The notes: generated by a model from the sequence alone, not told the origin. Counted from the whole stretch's first letter, positions 15,163-28,342 are shown. The stretch is 62,871 nucleotides of DNA, filler included, from Pirum gemmata (GCA_002812295.1; 23 parts of 23 records of this genome joined end to end with filler, not necessarily neighbours in it), one strand, 5' to 3'. Made by a program: numbers and translations.

Positions 15163-15392
15163 AGTAGGGGTGAGATGACGTCATTTTATTATTACCGAAC
15201 AGCTACCGGAACTTTTCCGATTTATGGTTTTATTACTATTAATGTTAATATTGTTACTTTATTTGGTANNNNNNNNNNNNNATTTACTATTTTAAGCTAT
15301 TTTACTGCTATTATTAGTAAGCAACACGGAACTAAGGTTGGCTCGATAAGCATATGTTCGAAAAAAGTTCCAGTAGATATCTCACCCCTACT
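15163..15392. mobile_element. MITE family C
   Basis: TIR AGTAGGGGTGAGAT; 8-bp TSD ACCAACAA/ACCAACTA. Confidence 0.9.
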
Positions 15393-15478
15393 ACCAACTA
15401 CTGGTATTATTACTGCCCTACATTTTTTAATTTTTTCTGCTTCATACAGTCATACTGTCTCGATTACTGAGCAGAATC

Positions 15479-15930
15479 ATGCTTTTCAGTTATTTTGTCG
15501 TCATAAAAAATGATAAAATATACAATAAATAGTACCAAATTAATACAATATAAATCCATTTCATTTAATTTGGTATACTTTATTATATATTTATTTATCT
15601 AAAAGTATCGATTTAAATATTATAAACAACCAAATAAATATTCAGAGTGAAAATAAATGAAAAGCACAATACTGAGTCCATAATACTGATCATGACTCTT
15701 ACTATTAATTGCTATGATATTGATACTATTATCACTCCTACTAAAGTGCTTTTCGTTGATTTTGTTACCCTTTGATTATTTATTTGGTATTTTATAACCT
15801 TAAAAATTGACCATTTTAAATTGAAAACAAGAAAATAAAAAATACCAAATTAAATAAAATGGATTTATATTGTATTAATTTGGTACTTTTTATTGTATAT
15901 TTTATTATTACAAAATGACTGAAAAGCACT
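15479..15930. mobile_element. Two family A MITE copies (15479-15668 +, 15745-15930 -)
   Basis: Family A TIRs and interior. Confidence 0.8.
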
Positions 15931-16394
15931 ATACCAAAAATTATGGATACTTGGATACTAACAGTATATAATTATACTAACCCAAAGAAAACTAACAAAA
16001 CAGTGACGCGGAAACAATCTTTTCAATGTCAATCGGCCTACTGTCCAAAGAATTTCTACAAGGCAAACTTGAAAAACTACACTACTAAGAGTCTAAGACT
16101 GGCTCTCCTACATCAAAAAATTACATAGCTGATAACTCTAACAACATCCATAACAACGACTATAATAACGCCACAGTATCAGGAACAAAAGTCAAAAACC
16201 AATATTTCTACAACAAATTAAAGAACAATACAATTGCTATCTATAGACTTTATATTACCGGTATGGTATTATTATGAAAAGTACAACAGGTTATAACCGA
16301 ACGGCAGCCAAATCATTAACTTACATCAAAGTATTATGAAACAAGTCAACAAACTATGATTGAACTAGACTAGTACTATATTAAAATTTTATAT

Positions 16395-16577
16395 CGTGCT
16401 TTTCAGTTATTTTGTCGGCATAAAATATACAATAAATAGTGCCAAATTAATACAATACAAATCCATTTCATTTAATTTGTTATATTTTATTATATATTTA
16501 TTTATTTAAAAGTATCAATTTAAATATTAGAAACAACCAAATAAATATTCGGAGTGACAAAATAAATGAAAAGCACA
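16395..16577 (+). mobile_element. MITE family A
   Basis: AT-CGTGCTTTTCA...TGAAAAGCACA-AT. Confidence 0.85.
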
Positions 16578-16825
16578 ATAACTGTAACACTCTGTAACCC
16601 TCTCAGCTGTAACCCTGAACGAACTGTAACACTACTGTAACCTACTGCTACTCCTTTTTCTGTAGTAGAAAAAGGAAAACAGTCTTTTTTTACTCTTTTT
16701 TTACTTTATCATTAGACTATTACGATAGAAAAATAAAAAATAAAATCTCTAGACCAGTTCCTAGCTAGACCTGAGCTTATGTGAGATCTATCTACCCCGA
16801 TAGCTACTAGCTAGACTATAAGACC

Positions 16826-16865
<40 letters not shown>

Positions 16866-16954
16866 TTATTATTATTATTATTAATATTATTAATATTATT
16901 ATTAATATTANNNNNNNNNNNNNNNNNNNNNNNNNNNNNNNNNNNNNNNNNNNN

Positions 16955-17765
16955 TAATAATAATAATAATAATAGAATTAACGACATCAACAACATCAAC
17001 AACATCAACAATATCAAAACCGAAAACACTGATTTTGCCTATCCCCACCATGAACAGAATCACCATTTATTTCAAAAAAATAATAGTTATAGTGCTAAAT
17101 TTGAGTACGACAGTTTATATCACCCGAACCACTACCAAAGTAACAACCGACCTGTGATTAAATATGGAAATTATTACCGTAAACCAAGTTCACCTTATAA
17201 AAGTACTTATTCTCAAAAAAAAACCGCAACAAATCAACTTTACCAGTCATCCCCAACTCTAAGTGGTGGCTACTGCAATGATGGGAATGACAATAATATT
17301 TCTGATTTCTATTCTGAAAAAAATTACAATGGTAATAGAAATAATAGCCAAACTAACACCATTCTTTGTGATGAAGTTGGAAATAAGCATGTAATTTGGA
17401 GAACATTTTGAAATAAGGTTTTTTTTATGTTACCAGTTATCATAATATTATCATTTATTTTTATTATTTCACTGTCGTGGTAAACCTAAGCCTTAATAAT
17501 AATTATTTTGAAATTTAAATACACTTTTGAGCACCTTAAAACCCTAACTTCAATAATAATATTAAATAATATATAAAAGAACATGTATTCCAATCGATTA
17601 TATCAATATGTGGGTTAAAAAATTACAATATATTATCAAAGATTCTAAAGCTGACTGCATTATATCTTTAAATACGAACAAGAGGTACAAGACGAAATTA
17701 AATTCAAAGACGTGGTAAAAGAATTATTATGTTATTACGACGAATTGCATGACAAAATAAAGTAG
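16955..17765 (+). pseudogene. Asn-rich exon plus a remnant of an AMP-binding (adenylation) domain
   Basis: The frame is open from the gap to TGA at 17411. Downstream, CIPIDY.../LQYIIKDSKADCII (frameshifted) resembles the YVPIDP..RLxYILxDS motif. Confidence 0.3.
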
Positions 17766-18226
17766 AAGATTGTTTGATGAGCGAATTAATTTCCTTGTAA
17801 TGATTTTTAAAATTTTTGATTTTCCAACTATATATAATTACAATGTTTCTAAAAAAGAGGAAAATGTTTCTAGTGAATTTTAAAAGTTATTTTTATGGAT
17901 ATTTTCATATGAATATAATATTATATACACACTTTTTTTTTGTGAACAAAAGTGTAAAATTGTGCATATTTGCTTAAACTGCATGACTGGCACCAATTAC
18001 GTGAATAAGTTAAAAAAATGAAATGTGAAAATTTAAGTTCGATTCCTTATTCGACAGCTATAAATTAAAAATTGGTATTTCGCTTCTTATTTTAGTTAAT
18101 CTTAATAATTCAAAATTAATTAATTAAAATAAATTTAAATGCAATGTTAAGAAAAATAATAATATGACCTAATTTGATCAAGCCAATGGGAAAACGTGAT
18201 GATCTTGAAGTGTTATAAATTATAAA

Positions 18227-19186
18227 TTATTTCAAAGGAACATCGAAAGTAATTACTTTGTTAGTCAAAGTGGCACCATACCACATAGTGGTGGCAGCTA
18301 ACTTTTTTTGAACAACATTTTTACCAGTTGCAAGCCAAGAGCAAGTATTGTTTGTGACCTTGTAACAGCCTGCAATCAAATTCATATTTACTTGGGTCAC
18401 CTGCCATTGAGAAAATATTGCGTACCACTGTGCAAAAGCAGTTGCGAAATTGGCGTCAAACGCAGGTAGAGCAGGCAAAGGAACATCCAAATTTTCATCG
18501 TAAGCTTCAAGAGTGACGACTTGGTTTTTGATTTCAGTTGTAGGGGCTACCATTTTAGCTGCTGGTATGGTTACTTTACCGAAAGTTGTCTTATTGACTT
18601 TGGTAGAGCTAGTACTAGTCTGGAACGAAAATTCGTTATTAGCAAGTTCCACAGTAGCAGGTTGTAATTCAGCACCATCAGCAAGATCATCAACGTTACT
18701 TAAAGTAAGACTTGCATTCACCAAAAGATATCTTGATTTTATTGAAGTTGCATTTAATTCCGTCACAGCGGATGCAAAACTAGCATATGCTGTTGCTATA
18801 AGGGATGTGTTCTGGGAAGCCATTGCTTGTTGTAAAGCTGCTCCGGCCATGGCAGCTGGTACGGCTGCTGCTTGAAAAAGTTCTGGATCAAAGTTCATGG
18901 AATGTAGGTCGGAAATTGCAAAGTTAGTATTGTCTACAGTTTTTTGCACACTATGTTGTGCAACGGGAATAAACAGTACTGGTATCAAAATAGCCACTAG
19001 TACACATAAAACAATGAAGATGACCATCAGAATAAAGCCCCATAATGGCATACCACCCCAACAGCATCGGTTCCCTTGTTTGAATGGTGGGCGTTTTTTA
19101 GAGCTCAAGTGTTTTTCTGCATGAACTTCCTGATTTACATCATAGTACTTGTTATCGTATTCTTGTACTTGGGACTGTTTACTCAT
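18227..19186 (-). CDS. Intronless type II single-pass membrane protein, possibly DUF3712/LEA2-like
   Basis: 319-aa ORF with normal complexity, one TM helix (~aa 48-75) and a beta-rich C-terminal part. Confidence 0.8.
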   Translation of the reverse strand: MSKQSQVQEYDNKYYDVNQEVHAEKHLSSKKRPPFKQGNRCCWGGMPLWGFILMVIFIVLCVLVAILIPVLFIPVAQHSVQKTVDNTNFAISDLHSMNFDPELFQAAAVPAAMAGAALQQAMASQNTSLIATAYASFASAVTELNATSIKSRYLLVNASLTLSNVDDLADGAELQPATVELANNEFSFQTSTSSTKVNKTTFGKVTIPAAKMVAPTTEIKNQVVTLEAYDENLDVPLPALPAFDANFATAFAQWYAIFSQWQVTQVNMNLIAGCYKVTNNTCSWLATGKNVVQKKLAATTMWYGATLTNKVITFDVPLK

Positions 19187-19441
19187 CTTGCTTGTAATGT
19201 AATAAAATATTTTGTTATAATAAAGTTTTCGTTTTAGTGATTAATTAATATTTGTATATTTTATTTGTAAAACAGTTTAAATAATTGAAGTTATAATTTT
19301 GGAAATAAAAACAATATTTTAATTTATAAATTATTCTATTTNNNNNNNNNNNNNNNNNNNNNNNNNNNNNNNNNNNNNNNNNNNNTTAATTAATTAANNN
19401 NNNNNNNNNNNNNNNNNNNNNNNNNNNNNNNNNNNNNNNNN

Positions 19442-21080
19442 ATTATCAGTATTATGTTTTTTACCATCACTTTTTTTTCTAATCATTTCAGAATTCTTCA
19501 AAGCATCTAACTTGGTACTCGTATTTTTGACAGATCCTATTCCAAGCCATTTTAATCGCCATACATTCAATTTCAATAACTTCAAAGTGGAGTCGTAGAG
19601 TATATTTTTTTGACTTTGTCTTTCAAATATAAAAGAAACGAATACCATTATGGAAGTACCAATCAACGACCCTTTGAAACAGAATGGTAATATGAAAAAT
19701 AATCAAAGAAAAACAAAAAGTGATTGAATGAATGCAAAAAAAAAAAAAAACAGAAAAGTATTAAATTGTAAAGGAATGAAGAATTGTATTAAAGAATCAA
19801 GATCGAGTAAGGGGACTCGAAACGTATTATGAATTGAGAATAAAATAACAGTATTGAGTGTGCGTGTACGTGTGTGTATGTGTGTATGTGTGTATGTGTG
19901 TATGTAGCTGTGAATGTGTGTGTGTATGTATGTATGTATGCATGCATGCATGTATGTATGTATGTATGTATGTATGTATGTATGTATGTATGTATGTATG
20001 TATGTACATTTAATTAAAATACTTTTTTTTTTTTTACCTATAAAGTTTTTTAACGTGGTTTTGAAACTGTAAGCAGGTGTCACATTAAAGAGAAAAATAA
20101 CCCCGAATATAAAATAAAAAATCTTAGTTTTACTATGCATATACGATACAATGCATAAAAAAAATGCCACAAAACAGCCATTCCAGGTATTATAAATAAC
20201 AGGATCATCACTAGCAATGCCATACTTTACAATTGCGATAGATATTATCTGTAGTACACAAATAATACTGATCACAAGCATAGTTGTTAAACCACGAATA
20301 AAAGATTCAATAAAAGTTGGTGAGTCCAAACCTATAACAGTAAAAACAACTAAGAGAGGTGTGGATCCCCTTAAGTACGACCTTCCGAATAAATATATGG
20401 CTAAACCGGCAGAGCCTAATTTTATATACATTTTTCACCAGCATTTTTCACCATTCCATTATCGGAGGAGATTTTATGTAAATAAAAAAATAAACCTTCT
20501 AAGTAAAAAAATAAAACTTCTAAATCAAAAGAAAACAATACAACATCAGAATAAAAAAGAAACAATAAAACAGAATAATAATAATAGAAAGAAACAATAA
20601 AACATCAGAATTTCAAAATAAAACAACGATTTAGAATAAAACAATATGACGTCAAAACAAAATAAAGCAAATACAACTTTGTTGTGAACAGCAGTGGCCA
20701 TCATGCATGTTATAAGGGCCGGAGGAGAAAGTAAACATAGTAATAATATTGGTAGTATTATATATATATATAGAAGAAGAAGAATATTTAGAAAATAAAC
20801 TTTTAAAAATCTACGTACAGGCGACATTGTATTTTATAAGAGAGCGGACTGAGTACCAGAAGTTATTTGATATGAGATTTCTTGGAACAAAATGGGTGTA
20901 GTCCTCTTCAACACCCCTACCATTTTTCGAAAATCTATAGTTATTAGAATTTTGGGGATAATCTTGAAGTTCAAATTCCAATTCGTTTTTTTTTACAACA
21001 TTATTATTATCATCTTTGTAATCATCAATATTGTCATTGTTGTTGTTGTTGTGCGATTCTCCTATTTGAGAATCTATCAT
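19442..21080 (-). CDS. Multi-exon polytopic membrane protein, possibly FUSC/ArAE-like (exons ~21080-20819, 20415-20038, ~19671-gap)
   Basis: Phase-compatible GT-AG joins give ...RSLIKYNVAC-SAGLAIYLFG... followed by several TM helices. Family assignment is tentative. Confidence 0.65.
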
Positions 21081-21328
21081 TATTCTTTTATTTTATTGCT
21101 ACTAACGGTTGATATTAATATTACTAATATATATAAATAACTATTATATATAAATTTTCTCTTCTGTTATTTTTTGCCAACAAAAAATATTTATTTTTTA
21201 GGAAAAGTAGACCTAGGTTGTATCTGTTGTGTTGTATCACAGGCACACAGAGGGTGATATCAAGGGAAGGAGTTAGGGCAACTTAGGGCTGCTGCTAGCT
21301 AGTTAGGGGTGCTATTATTAATTAATTA

Positions 21329-21586
21329 AGGGTTAGGACTGGTTAGGGTTAGGGTTAGGGTTAGGTCTTGTGTTCATAGACTATAGTCCAGCTCTAGCTA
21401 GCTGGGTTAGGGTTAGGGTTAGGGTTAGGGTTAGGGTTAGGGTTAGGGTTAGGGTTAGGGTTAGGGTTAGGGTTAGGGTTAGGGTTAGGGTTAGGGTTAG
21501 GGTTAGGGTTAGNTTAGGGTTAGGGTTAGGGTTAGGGTTAGGGTTAGGGTTAGGGTTAGGGTTAGGGTTAGGGTTAGGGTTAGGGT
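21329..21586 (+). repeat. Interstitial (TTAGGG)n
   Basis: More than 30 units, internal to a contig. Confidence 0.95.
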
Positions 21587-22683
21587 AAATTTTTTATTGG
21601 TAAATTTTTTATTGGATACCGAACTCCTTTTATATTAGAGACGTCTACATACATTATTATATAGTAATAGTAATAGTAATAGTAATAGTAATAATAATAG
21701 TAATAGTAATTATAATAATAATAGTAATTATAATAATAATAGTAATAGTAATGGTAATAATAATAGTAATAATAATAATAATAGTAATAGTAACAGTAAT
21801 AGTAATAGTAATAATAATAGTAATAGTAATANNNNNNNNNNNNNNNNNNNNNNNNNNNNNNNNNNNNNNNNNNNNTTAATTAATTAANNNNNNNNNNNNN
21901 NNNNNNNNNNNNNNNNNNNNNNNNNNNNNNNCCCTAACCCTAACCCTAACCCTAACCCTAACCCTAACCCTAAATAAAATTTTAACTAGTACTGTTTTTT
22001 TAAAAAAATAAAAATCCTTTATTAATACTAGTAGAAATGAACATGTTAGTTCACTGCACGTAATATTGTATTTTTCGTTCTTGCTGTCCTCAAATTTTTA
22101 AAGGATGTTTATTTTTTTAAAAAAAAAACTACCTAATAAATATTTAATGGAGATATTAATTATTTTGGTTTGTTTTACATATTTATTATTATGATAACGT
22201 TTTTTTCCAATTTAATAATCATGCATGAATGTGGTAGGTCTCGTGAATTAATGTTTTTTAATGTAAATAAGTCCAATATTGCAGTCCAAAGTACCCAATA
22301 AATTAATAATTGAAGAGGTAATAAAAAATCATAATCATGAATATTTTCGAAGCTTTGGCACATGTAAAAATGAAATGGTTGATAACACAATGATAACCAT
22401 TTCCAAAACTTTTCATAATGCTGTGTTTGAAAAAGAAAGCCATGAAAAAACCGCCCTCATCAAGGAGAACCCCAGCTGACCCCAGGGAATTTTTTTTTTA
22501 CGGGGCTCTTCAGCAGGGTTCTTAAGGCTACAGAAAACAGAATCATATTTATAACAATACCGTTATTAAAGACACTGTTTTTCCATCTTGATGAAAATTG
22601 GCACAAATCTGTCCACTTGTCTTTTTCTCAAGTTCATTTTGAGGATGAAATATTTATAAACCATAATGAAAATAATAATAGTA

Positions 22684-22743
<60 letters not shown>

Positions 22744-23093
22744 GTAATAATCATCTTTAATAAATATTATATTATATATATATAGCTGTCAGTTTTCTAT
22801 ATTATTCCAATCCTCCCACACATTTATTGACACGTTTTACATGTCCTGATGATTCGCATGTACATGAAGTAGAAACTATGCATACGAACCCCGATACTAA
22901 TCAAGTGGTAAATGAAAATGGGCAGGAAAGAAATGGAGTGATTAATGTTAGACTTAGATGTATCCAAACAAGTAAATTTTTTTTTTCCAATTGTTACAAT
23001 TTCCCTAACCTTAACCCTGACTTTTAACTTTACTTTTAACTTTAACTTTTAACTTTAAATTTAACTTTTAACTTTAACTTTTAAATGTACTAG

Positions 23094-24013
23094 AAAATGC
23101 TCTTTTAAACTCGAATTTAATCAATTCTTTGTCTGATGATTTTTTTAATAATATGATGAGCTTTTCTACTCTAGATTTAAGTAATAATAATATTACTTAT
23201 TTATCTCATCAAACTTTTGATAATAGTAATGTTGAAAAAATGTTGGATATTAATTTGAATAATAATAATATTGATTGTTGTAGTAGTGAAAAGGCTATTA
23301 ACCTTTTATTTCAAAAGAATATTAATGTTGATTGTATATTAGATAATGAAAATATAACTGCTGCTACACCCACTCTTCTCAATGAAAAATGTGTTGGTGG
23401 TAGATATAGTAGGTCAAAAAATGAAAATAATAATATCGGTTTAATTGTTGGAGTTGTTATAGGTATTTTAGTAGTAATTGCTATTGTTAGTTGTTGTGTT
23501 GGTTATTATACCTATAAACGAAAAAAGGAAGATTTGTTGCAAGGAATATCGGCCATGGAGTTTTTAGATTGCGCACAAAAACAAAAGGAAACGGGCGATA
23601 TCGGTGATACTGAATACTTTAATACTACTAACGACGCTATTAAAAACACTAATGATAGTTACGAGCATGTTGGTGCAGTTTATGAGGAAGCTAACAACAT
23701 TTCCTCGGACACTATGGCAAGTGAAGCTTATGGTAACATTGGTAATCAATGTGAATCTAGTGACGTTTATGATAGTATGGAAAATGGAAATCTAGTTACT
23801 TCTAATTATAACGTTAAAACTTCTAGTTACATTGCTGATGAATACAATAACGTTAACACTTCTAGTGACATTGTTAATGAATATTATGAAGAGCGTGGTT
23901 TTAAAAGTACTAGTAATTTTAATAATGTTGAGTATGATACAGCTGATAACAGTTCTAGTAACATTGAGTATGAAGCACCCGATAATAATAGTGCTTGTGC
24001 AAATAACTTTTAA
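23094..24013 (+). CDS. LRR single-pass receptor-like protein, last exon (upstream exons probably within 22146-23027)
   Basis: LxLxxNxI repeats (LDLSNNNITYL, INLNNNNIDC), an LRRCT-like CxC..C..C cap, TM IGLIVGVVIGILVVIAIV, basic stop-transfer and a Tyr-repeat tail. Confidence 0.85.
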
Positions 24014-24429
24014 GAGAATTATTATTATTTTAATCTCAATACTTTTGATTTTTAATTATATGAGTATGATAATGATTAATCCCAATAGTAATATTTACGC
24101 CAAAATAGATTTTTAATTCCAACAATAACATACTTAGACCTCATGACAATAGTTAATATTGAAACTTGCGAACCCTAACCCTGGCCCTGACCTTAACCTT
24201 AACCTTGACCTTAACCCTAACCCTAACCCTAACCCTAACCCTAACCCTNNNNNNNNNNNNNNNNNNNNNNNNNNNNNNNNNNNNNNNNNNNNTTAATTAA
24301 TTAANNNNNNNNNNNNNNNNNNNNNNNNNNNNNNNNNNNNNNNNNNNNTTATTATTATTATTATTTATATTGTGGTGTTTTAAATTTGTATTATTTTTGA
24401 AGTTTATAATTAATATTAATATGATATTA

Positions 24430-25400
24430 TCAGTGAATAGATCTTTGTAAAAAGAGTGAGCTGTTTTAAGTATTCCTTAAGTGTCTGTGTGTGTAATGTT
24501 GTTGTGGTCTGTTAAATTTGTTATATTTGAATTTCTATTGATATCATAAAAGATGATGTAGAGGTTTCAGTACCTAAAGTTGCTGTTGTGCTTAAGTTGT
24601 TTATTTTATTTTGTTGTTTTTGTTGGTGTGTGTTTTCAATTGCAAGTGTTGTCATTGTTTTGTATGTTTGTGTTAGAGCAAGTGTTGTCATTGTTTTGTA
24701 TGTTTGTGTTAGAGTTTCTGGTCTTAATTTAAGGTGCTGCTGTTGATATGTTTTAGTTTGTTGTTGTAGGTTTTTGATTTATTTTTTTATTGTTGTTTTT
24801 GTAATGTGTTTTGAAATCATGATTGTGTTATTTTTGTTTTGGTTTTAATTTTTTTTAGGTTGTTGAAGGGGTTTTCTTGTTTTTTGTGTTTTTTGATTAT
24901 ATTTTTAATGTTGTTGTTGGATAAGGTGATATTAATAGATATTGGGTGTTGGTCAAAAATTGGTTTTAGAGTTATATTGTTGATTGGTGATTCTATTATT
25001 ATAATATTACTTTTATGTTTATTAGTTTGTTTATGAGTTATTTGTTTATGAGTGATTTGTTTATGAAAATGTAGTCTAATCTTGATTGTTTTATTATTGT
25101 TTGATTTAATTAATTATAAGTTATAATATTAATTATAATTATTATAATATAATACTTGTTGTTTTAATTTGTATTGAATATGTGTGTGTAGGTATTGACA
25201 TTTTCTATTTCACATCTTTATGTGTAAAGGGATCAGTTGTATTAATATTTTTTAGTAGCTGGTTAGTGTATGATTTTGTCTTTGTGATGTTTGTTGGTTT
25301 ATTGTTGTTGGTTGGTTTTTGGAGTGTTATTATGTTTTGGATTCGTGTTGTTATTTTGTTTTTTTCTTTATATCATATATATAAAAAAGATTTTTGGAAT
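24430..25400 (-). mobile_element. Decayed L1/Tx1-type LINE ORF2 (APE endonuclease end plus linker)
   Basis: SRLDYIFINKSL, FDQHPISINI and ITNLTDHNNITHTDT*GILKTAHSFYKDLF, with stops and frameshifts. Confidence 0.7.
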
Positions 25401-25446
25401 TTGTTTTATAATAAAATTATTTAAATATCCCTATCAGTAGTGATGT

Positions 25447-25677
25447 AGTAGGGGTGAGATATCTACTGGAACTTTTTTCGAACAGTTGCTTATCGAGCCA
25501 ACCTTAGTTCCGTGTTTTTACTAATAATAGCAGTTAAATAGCTTAAAATAGTAAATCTAATTATAGCAGATACCAATTAAAGTAATAATATTAACACTAA
25601 TAGTAATAAAATAATAAAGTCGGAAAAGTTCCGGCAGCTGTTCGATAATAATAAAATGACGTCATTTCACCCCTACT
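25447..25677. mobile_element. MITE family C
   Basis: TIR AGTAGGGGTGA; TSD AGTGATGT/AGTGTTGT. Confidence 0.9.
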
Positions 25678-26106
25678 AGTGTTGTTCAGTTCAGAAACTG
25701 AAATAAACTTACCAAATTATTACTATCAGACATGTTTTGATACAAACTTATATGTTTTTATAAGTTAAATTATACATGTAAACGGTACCAAATTAAATAT
25801 AAACGGTACCAAATTAAAGATTGGTCTACTATCAATAACTACTATGGTGCAAGTAACCTAAAAACGTTCTACTTTTATTTACTAATTAAAAGTCCCCACC
25901 TTTTTTATATATATATAATCGAAAATTTCAAACCTATTAAAAACTTATTAATTTGCTTATGATCGATTACTGAAAATTCTACTGAAACCCAAAAGTTGGA
26001 CGTTTTTGAATTGTTTTCACCAGGATTACTTTTTTTCATTATTATTGGGGGTACCTAACCCATATCACTTTGCCTTCGCCATAACCTAGTAAATTTTTTT
26101 TTAACT

Positions 26107-26342
26107 ACCAAGCCGGATAAAAATGGCGCCATCCGCCATATATGAGCTCAAAAATCCAAAAAATCTCAAAATGATTCAATTTTAATGAAAGTACTACCAA
26201 ATTTTGAGAAATCGTTTAACTAAGAAAACTCTATTGTGAACCAATGGCTAGTTTTTGAAAAATAATCTGGCTAGTTAACATTAAAGGTTTTTAGAAAGGA
26301 AGGCTAAAAAAAAATGATTTCTACAGTTTTATCCGGCTTGGC
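26107..26342 (+). mobile_element. MITE family F
   Basis: TIR CCAAGCCGGATAAAA; second copy at 48948-49179 and a partial copy near 46612. Confidence 0.8.
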
Positions 26343-26410
26343 CATTTAAAAAAAAAAAAAAAAAAAAAACCCATGGTGGATAAAACTGCAAAATCCGCCA
26401 TAGACACAGT

Positions 26411-26635
26411 AAGCTTCTCCCGATTCTGCTCGTGCCCGAAAACTCGAATTTCTGCTGTCGAAAAAAAAACCGAAATTCAGCCCTGTTTGAAAATTATTTT
26501 TTCCATTTTTTCGGGTTTATAAATAAATAAATAAACTTGAATACTTAACTGTTAGCTTACAATTTTCGAACTTATTTAATTAATGCATAGGCTCGAAAAC
26601 TCGATTTTTAAATAAAGCAGAATTGGGAGAAGCCT
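26411..26635 (+). mobile_element. MITE family D
   Basis: TIR AGGCTTCTCCCAATTCTGCT (imperfect). Confidence 0.85.
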
Positions 26636-26671
26636 GTACCACAGGCCCTCGAAACCTTCCCCGGACCCTCA

Positions 26672-26709
<38 letters not shown>

Positions 26710-26809
26710 NNNNNNNNNNNNNNNNNNNNNNNNNNNNNNNNNNNNNNNNNNNNTTAATTAATTAANNNNNNNNNNNNNNNNNNNNNNNNNNNNNNNNNNN
26801 NNNNNNNNN

Positions 26810-26954
26810 CTAGCCCTAGCCCTAGCCCTAGCCCTAGCCCTAGCCTTAACCCTGGCCTTAACCCTAGCCTTAACCCTAGCCTTAACCCTAGCCTTAACCC
26901 TAGCCTTAACCCTGCCCTAAACCCTAGCCCGAGTCGTAGCTTTAGCCCTAGCCC
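26810..26954 (-). repeat. Variant telomere-like array (CCCTAG/CCTTAA)
   Basis: Alternating CCCTAG and CCTTAA hexamers. Confidence 0.85.
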
Positions 26955-27189
26955 CTCCCTCTCCTTCCTAACATGGTAATTAAATTCGTAATTTTAATGT
27001 GTACTTTTAGGCTGTACCAAAAAACATGGTCAACATTAAGAAATGTTAAACTGGTTAGTTTCTAATTACATTCAAAAACATTTGAATGTCCTTTTTTCTC
27101 TTGGCTACTTGAAGCGGGGATGTAAAGTAAATCCTAATTTATAAACAAATGTTATCATTAATCACTGGGCAAGAGAATTAGCAAACTAT

Positions 27190-27389
27190 CGTGTTTTTCA
27201 ATAGTGTTGTTCAAAAACTGAAATAAACGTACCAAATTATTATTATGGTTAAACTATCAAACATGTTTTAATTAATTTGGTATTTTATACTTAATGTTGT
27301 ATTTTATAAGTATTTTATAAGTGAGTTCAATTGTACACTTAAACAGTACCAAATTGAAGATTGAGAGGACAACTGTAATGAAATAGACT
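27190..27389 (+). mobile_element. MITE family B
   Basis: CGTGTTTTTCAATAGTG...CTGTAATGAAATAGACT; related copies at ~5550-5925, 25690, 27826-28007, 44519-44682 and 57505. Confidence 0.75.
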
Positions 27390-27772
27390 ATATGTATTGT
27401 CATTTTCAGCTTTTGTGTTTTGAATCAAGAGGTCTTAAGTAAGAGGCTAATGCCTGTGCGTATGATGTCACCATAATAATAATAATAATAAAATATTATA
27501 TTTTTTGAGCTTGCGAAAAAAATGCTAATTTTTGTTAAGGTTCGAAAAATAAGATATGAGCAAAAATACATATGGCGTCATAATATTAATAATTTTCTAA
27601 TATATATTTTTATTACAAAATTATTGTTGGTTTTCTAAAAATAAAAAAAGTAGGGATTATATATTAATATGGATTCTGGTATGCTAATTATAGTTACTAC
27701 TTAAATTAGAAAATGGTTTACTATAATTAGTATTCCCAAACTCCCAAATAAGAGATGATACTAATTTATTTA

Positions 27773-28342
27773 AGAGGTCCAAAGTAAGAGGAGCAATGTG
27801 TATAACGTCATCAAAATAAATTTTACTGTCGTGTCCAGTTCAAAAACTGATATAAACGTACCAAATTATTATTATGGTTAAACTATCAGACATATTTTAA
27901 TTAATTTGGTATTTTATACTTAATGTTGTATTTTATAAACCAGATCAATTATACACTTAATTGTACGAAATTAAGATTGAGAGGACAACTGTAATGAAAT
28001 AAACGATATTCAAATATCTCGCTGCCCTTCGCCTTTACCATTGGTAGTATCTGACAATTTTTTTATTTATGATGCCGCCATGGAGATGCGGGAAAATACA
28101 ATCGAATCAAACAGTTCGATCCTGATTATTAAATATTAACAATTTTGAAAGGATATTCTTTTTTTTTCGAATTTCAAAACTTTTATGGAATTTTTAAGAA
28201 TTTTTAAGAATTTTTTTAATGAAATCAAAAGTGGGTCAATACTTAAAATTAGATCGAAAAATTTCGAAAGTTTCGAAAAAGTCTCGATTCGATGGTTTTT
28301 CCCGCATCTCCCATACGTATTAGCCTCTTACTTTGGACCTCT
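27773..28342. mobile_element. TIR element containing nested family B and E copies
   Basis: AAGAGGTCCAAAGTAAGAGG at 27773 is inverted as CCTCTTACTTTGGACCTCTT ending at ~28342; a related end lies at ~27428. Confidence 0.65.
28082..28312 (+). mobile_element. MITE family E
   Basis: TIR GGAGATGCGGGAAAA..ATCGAATC; further copies at 28460-28676, 28855-28983 (partial) and 34952-35176. Confidence 0.85.

Noticed and set aside
15960..16250. Coding-like stretch (IFSMSIGLLSKEFLQGKLEKLH*) as a LINE 3' end
   Set aside because: No diagnostic motif; support is too weak.
20416..20470. In-frame TGA upstream of the membrane-protein ORF as evidence for UGA=Trp
   Set aside because: It falls inside a phase-compatible GT-AG intron (20818-20416), and conserved genes here use TGG.
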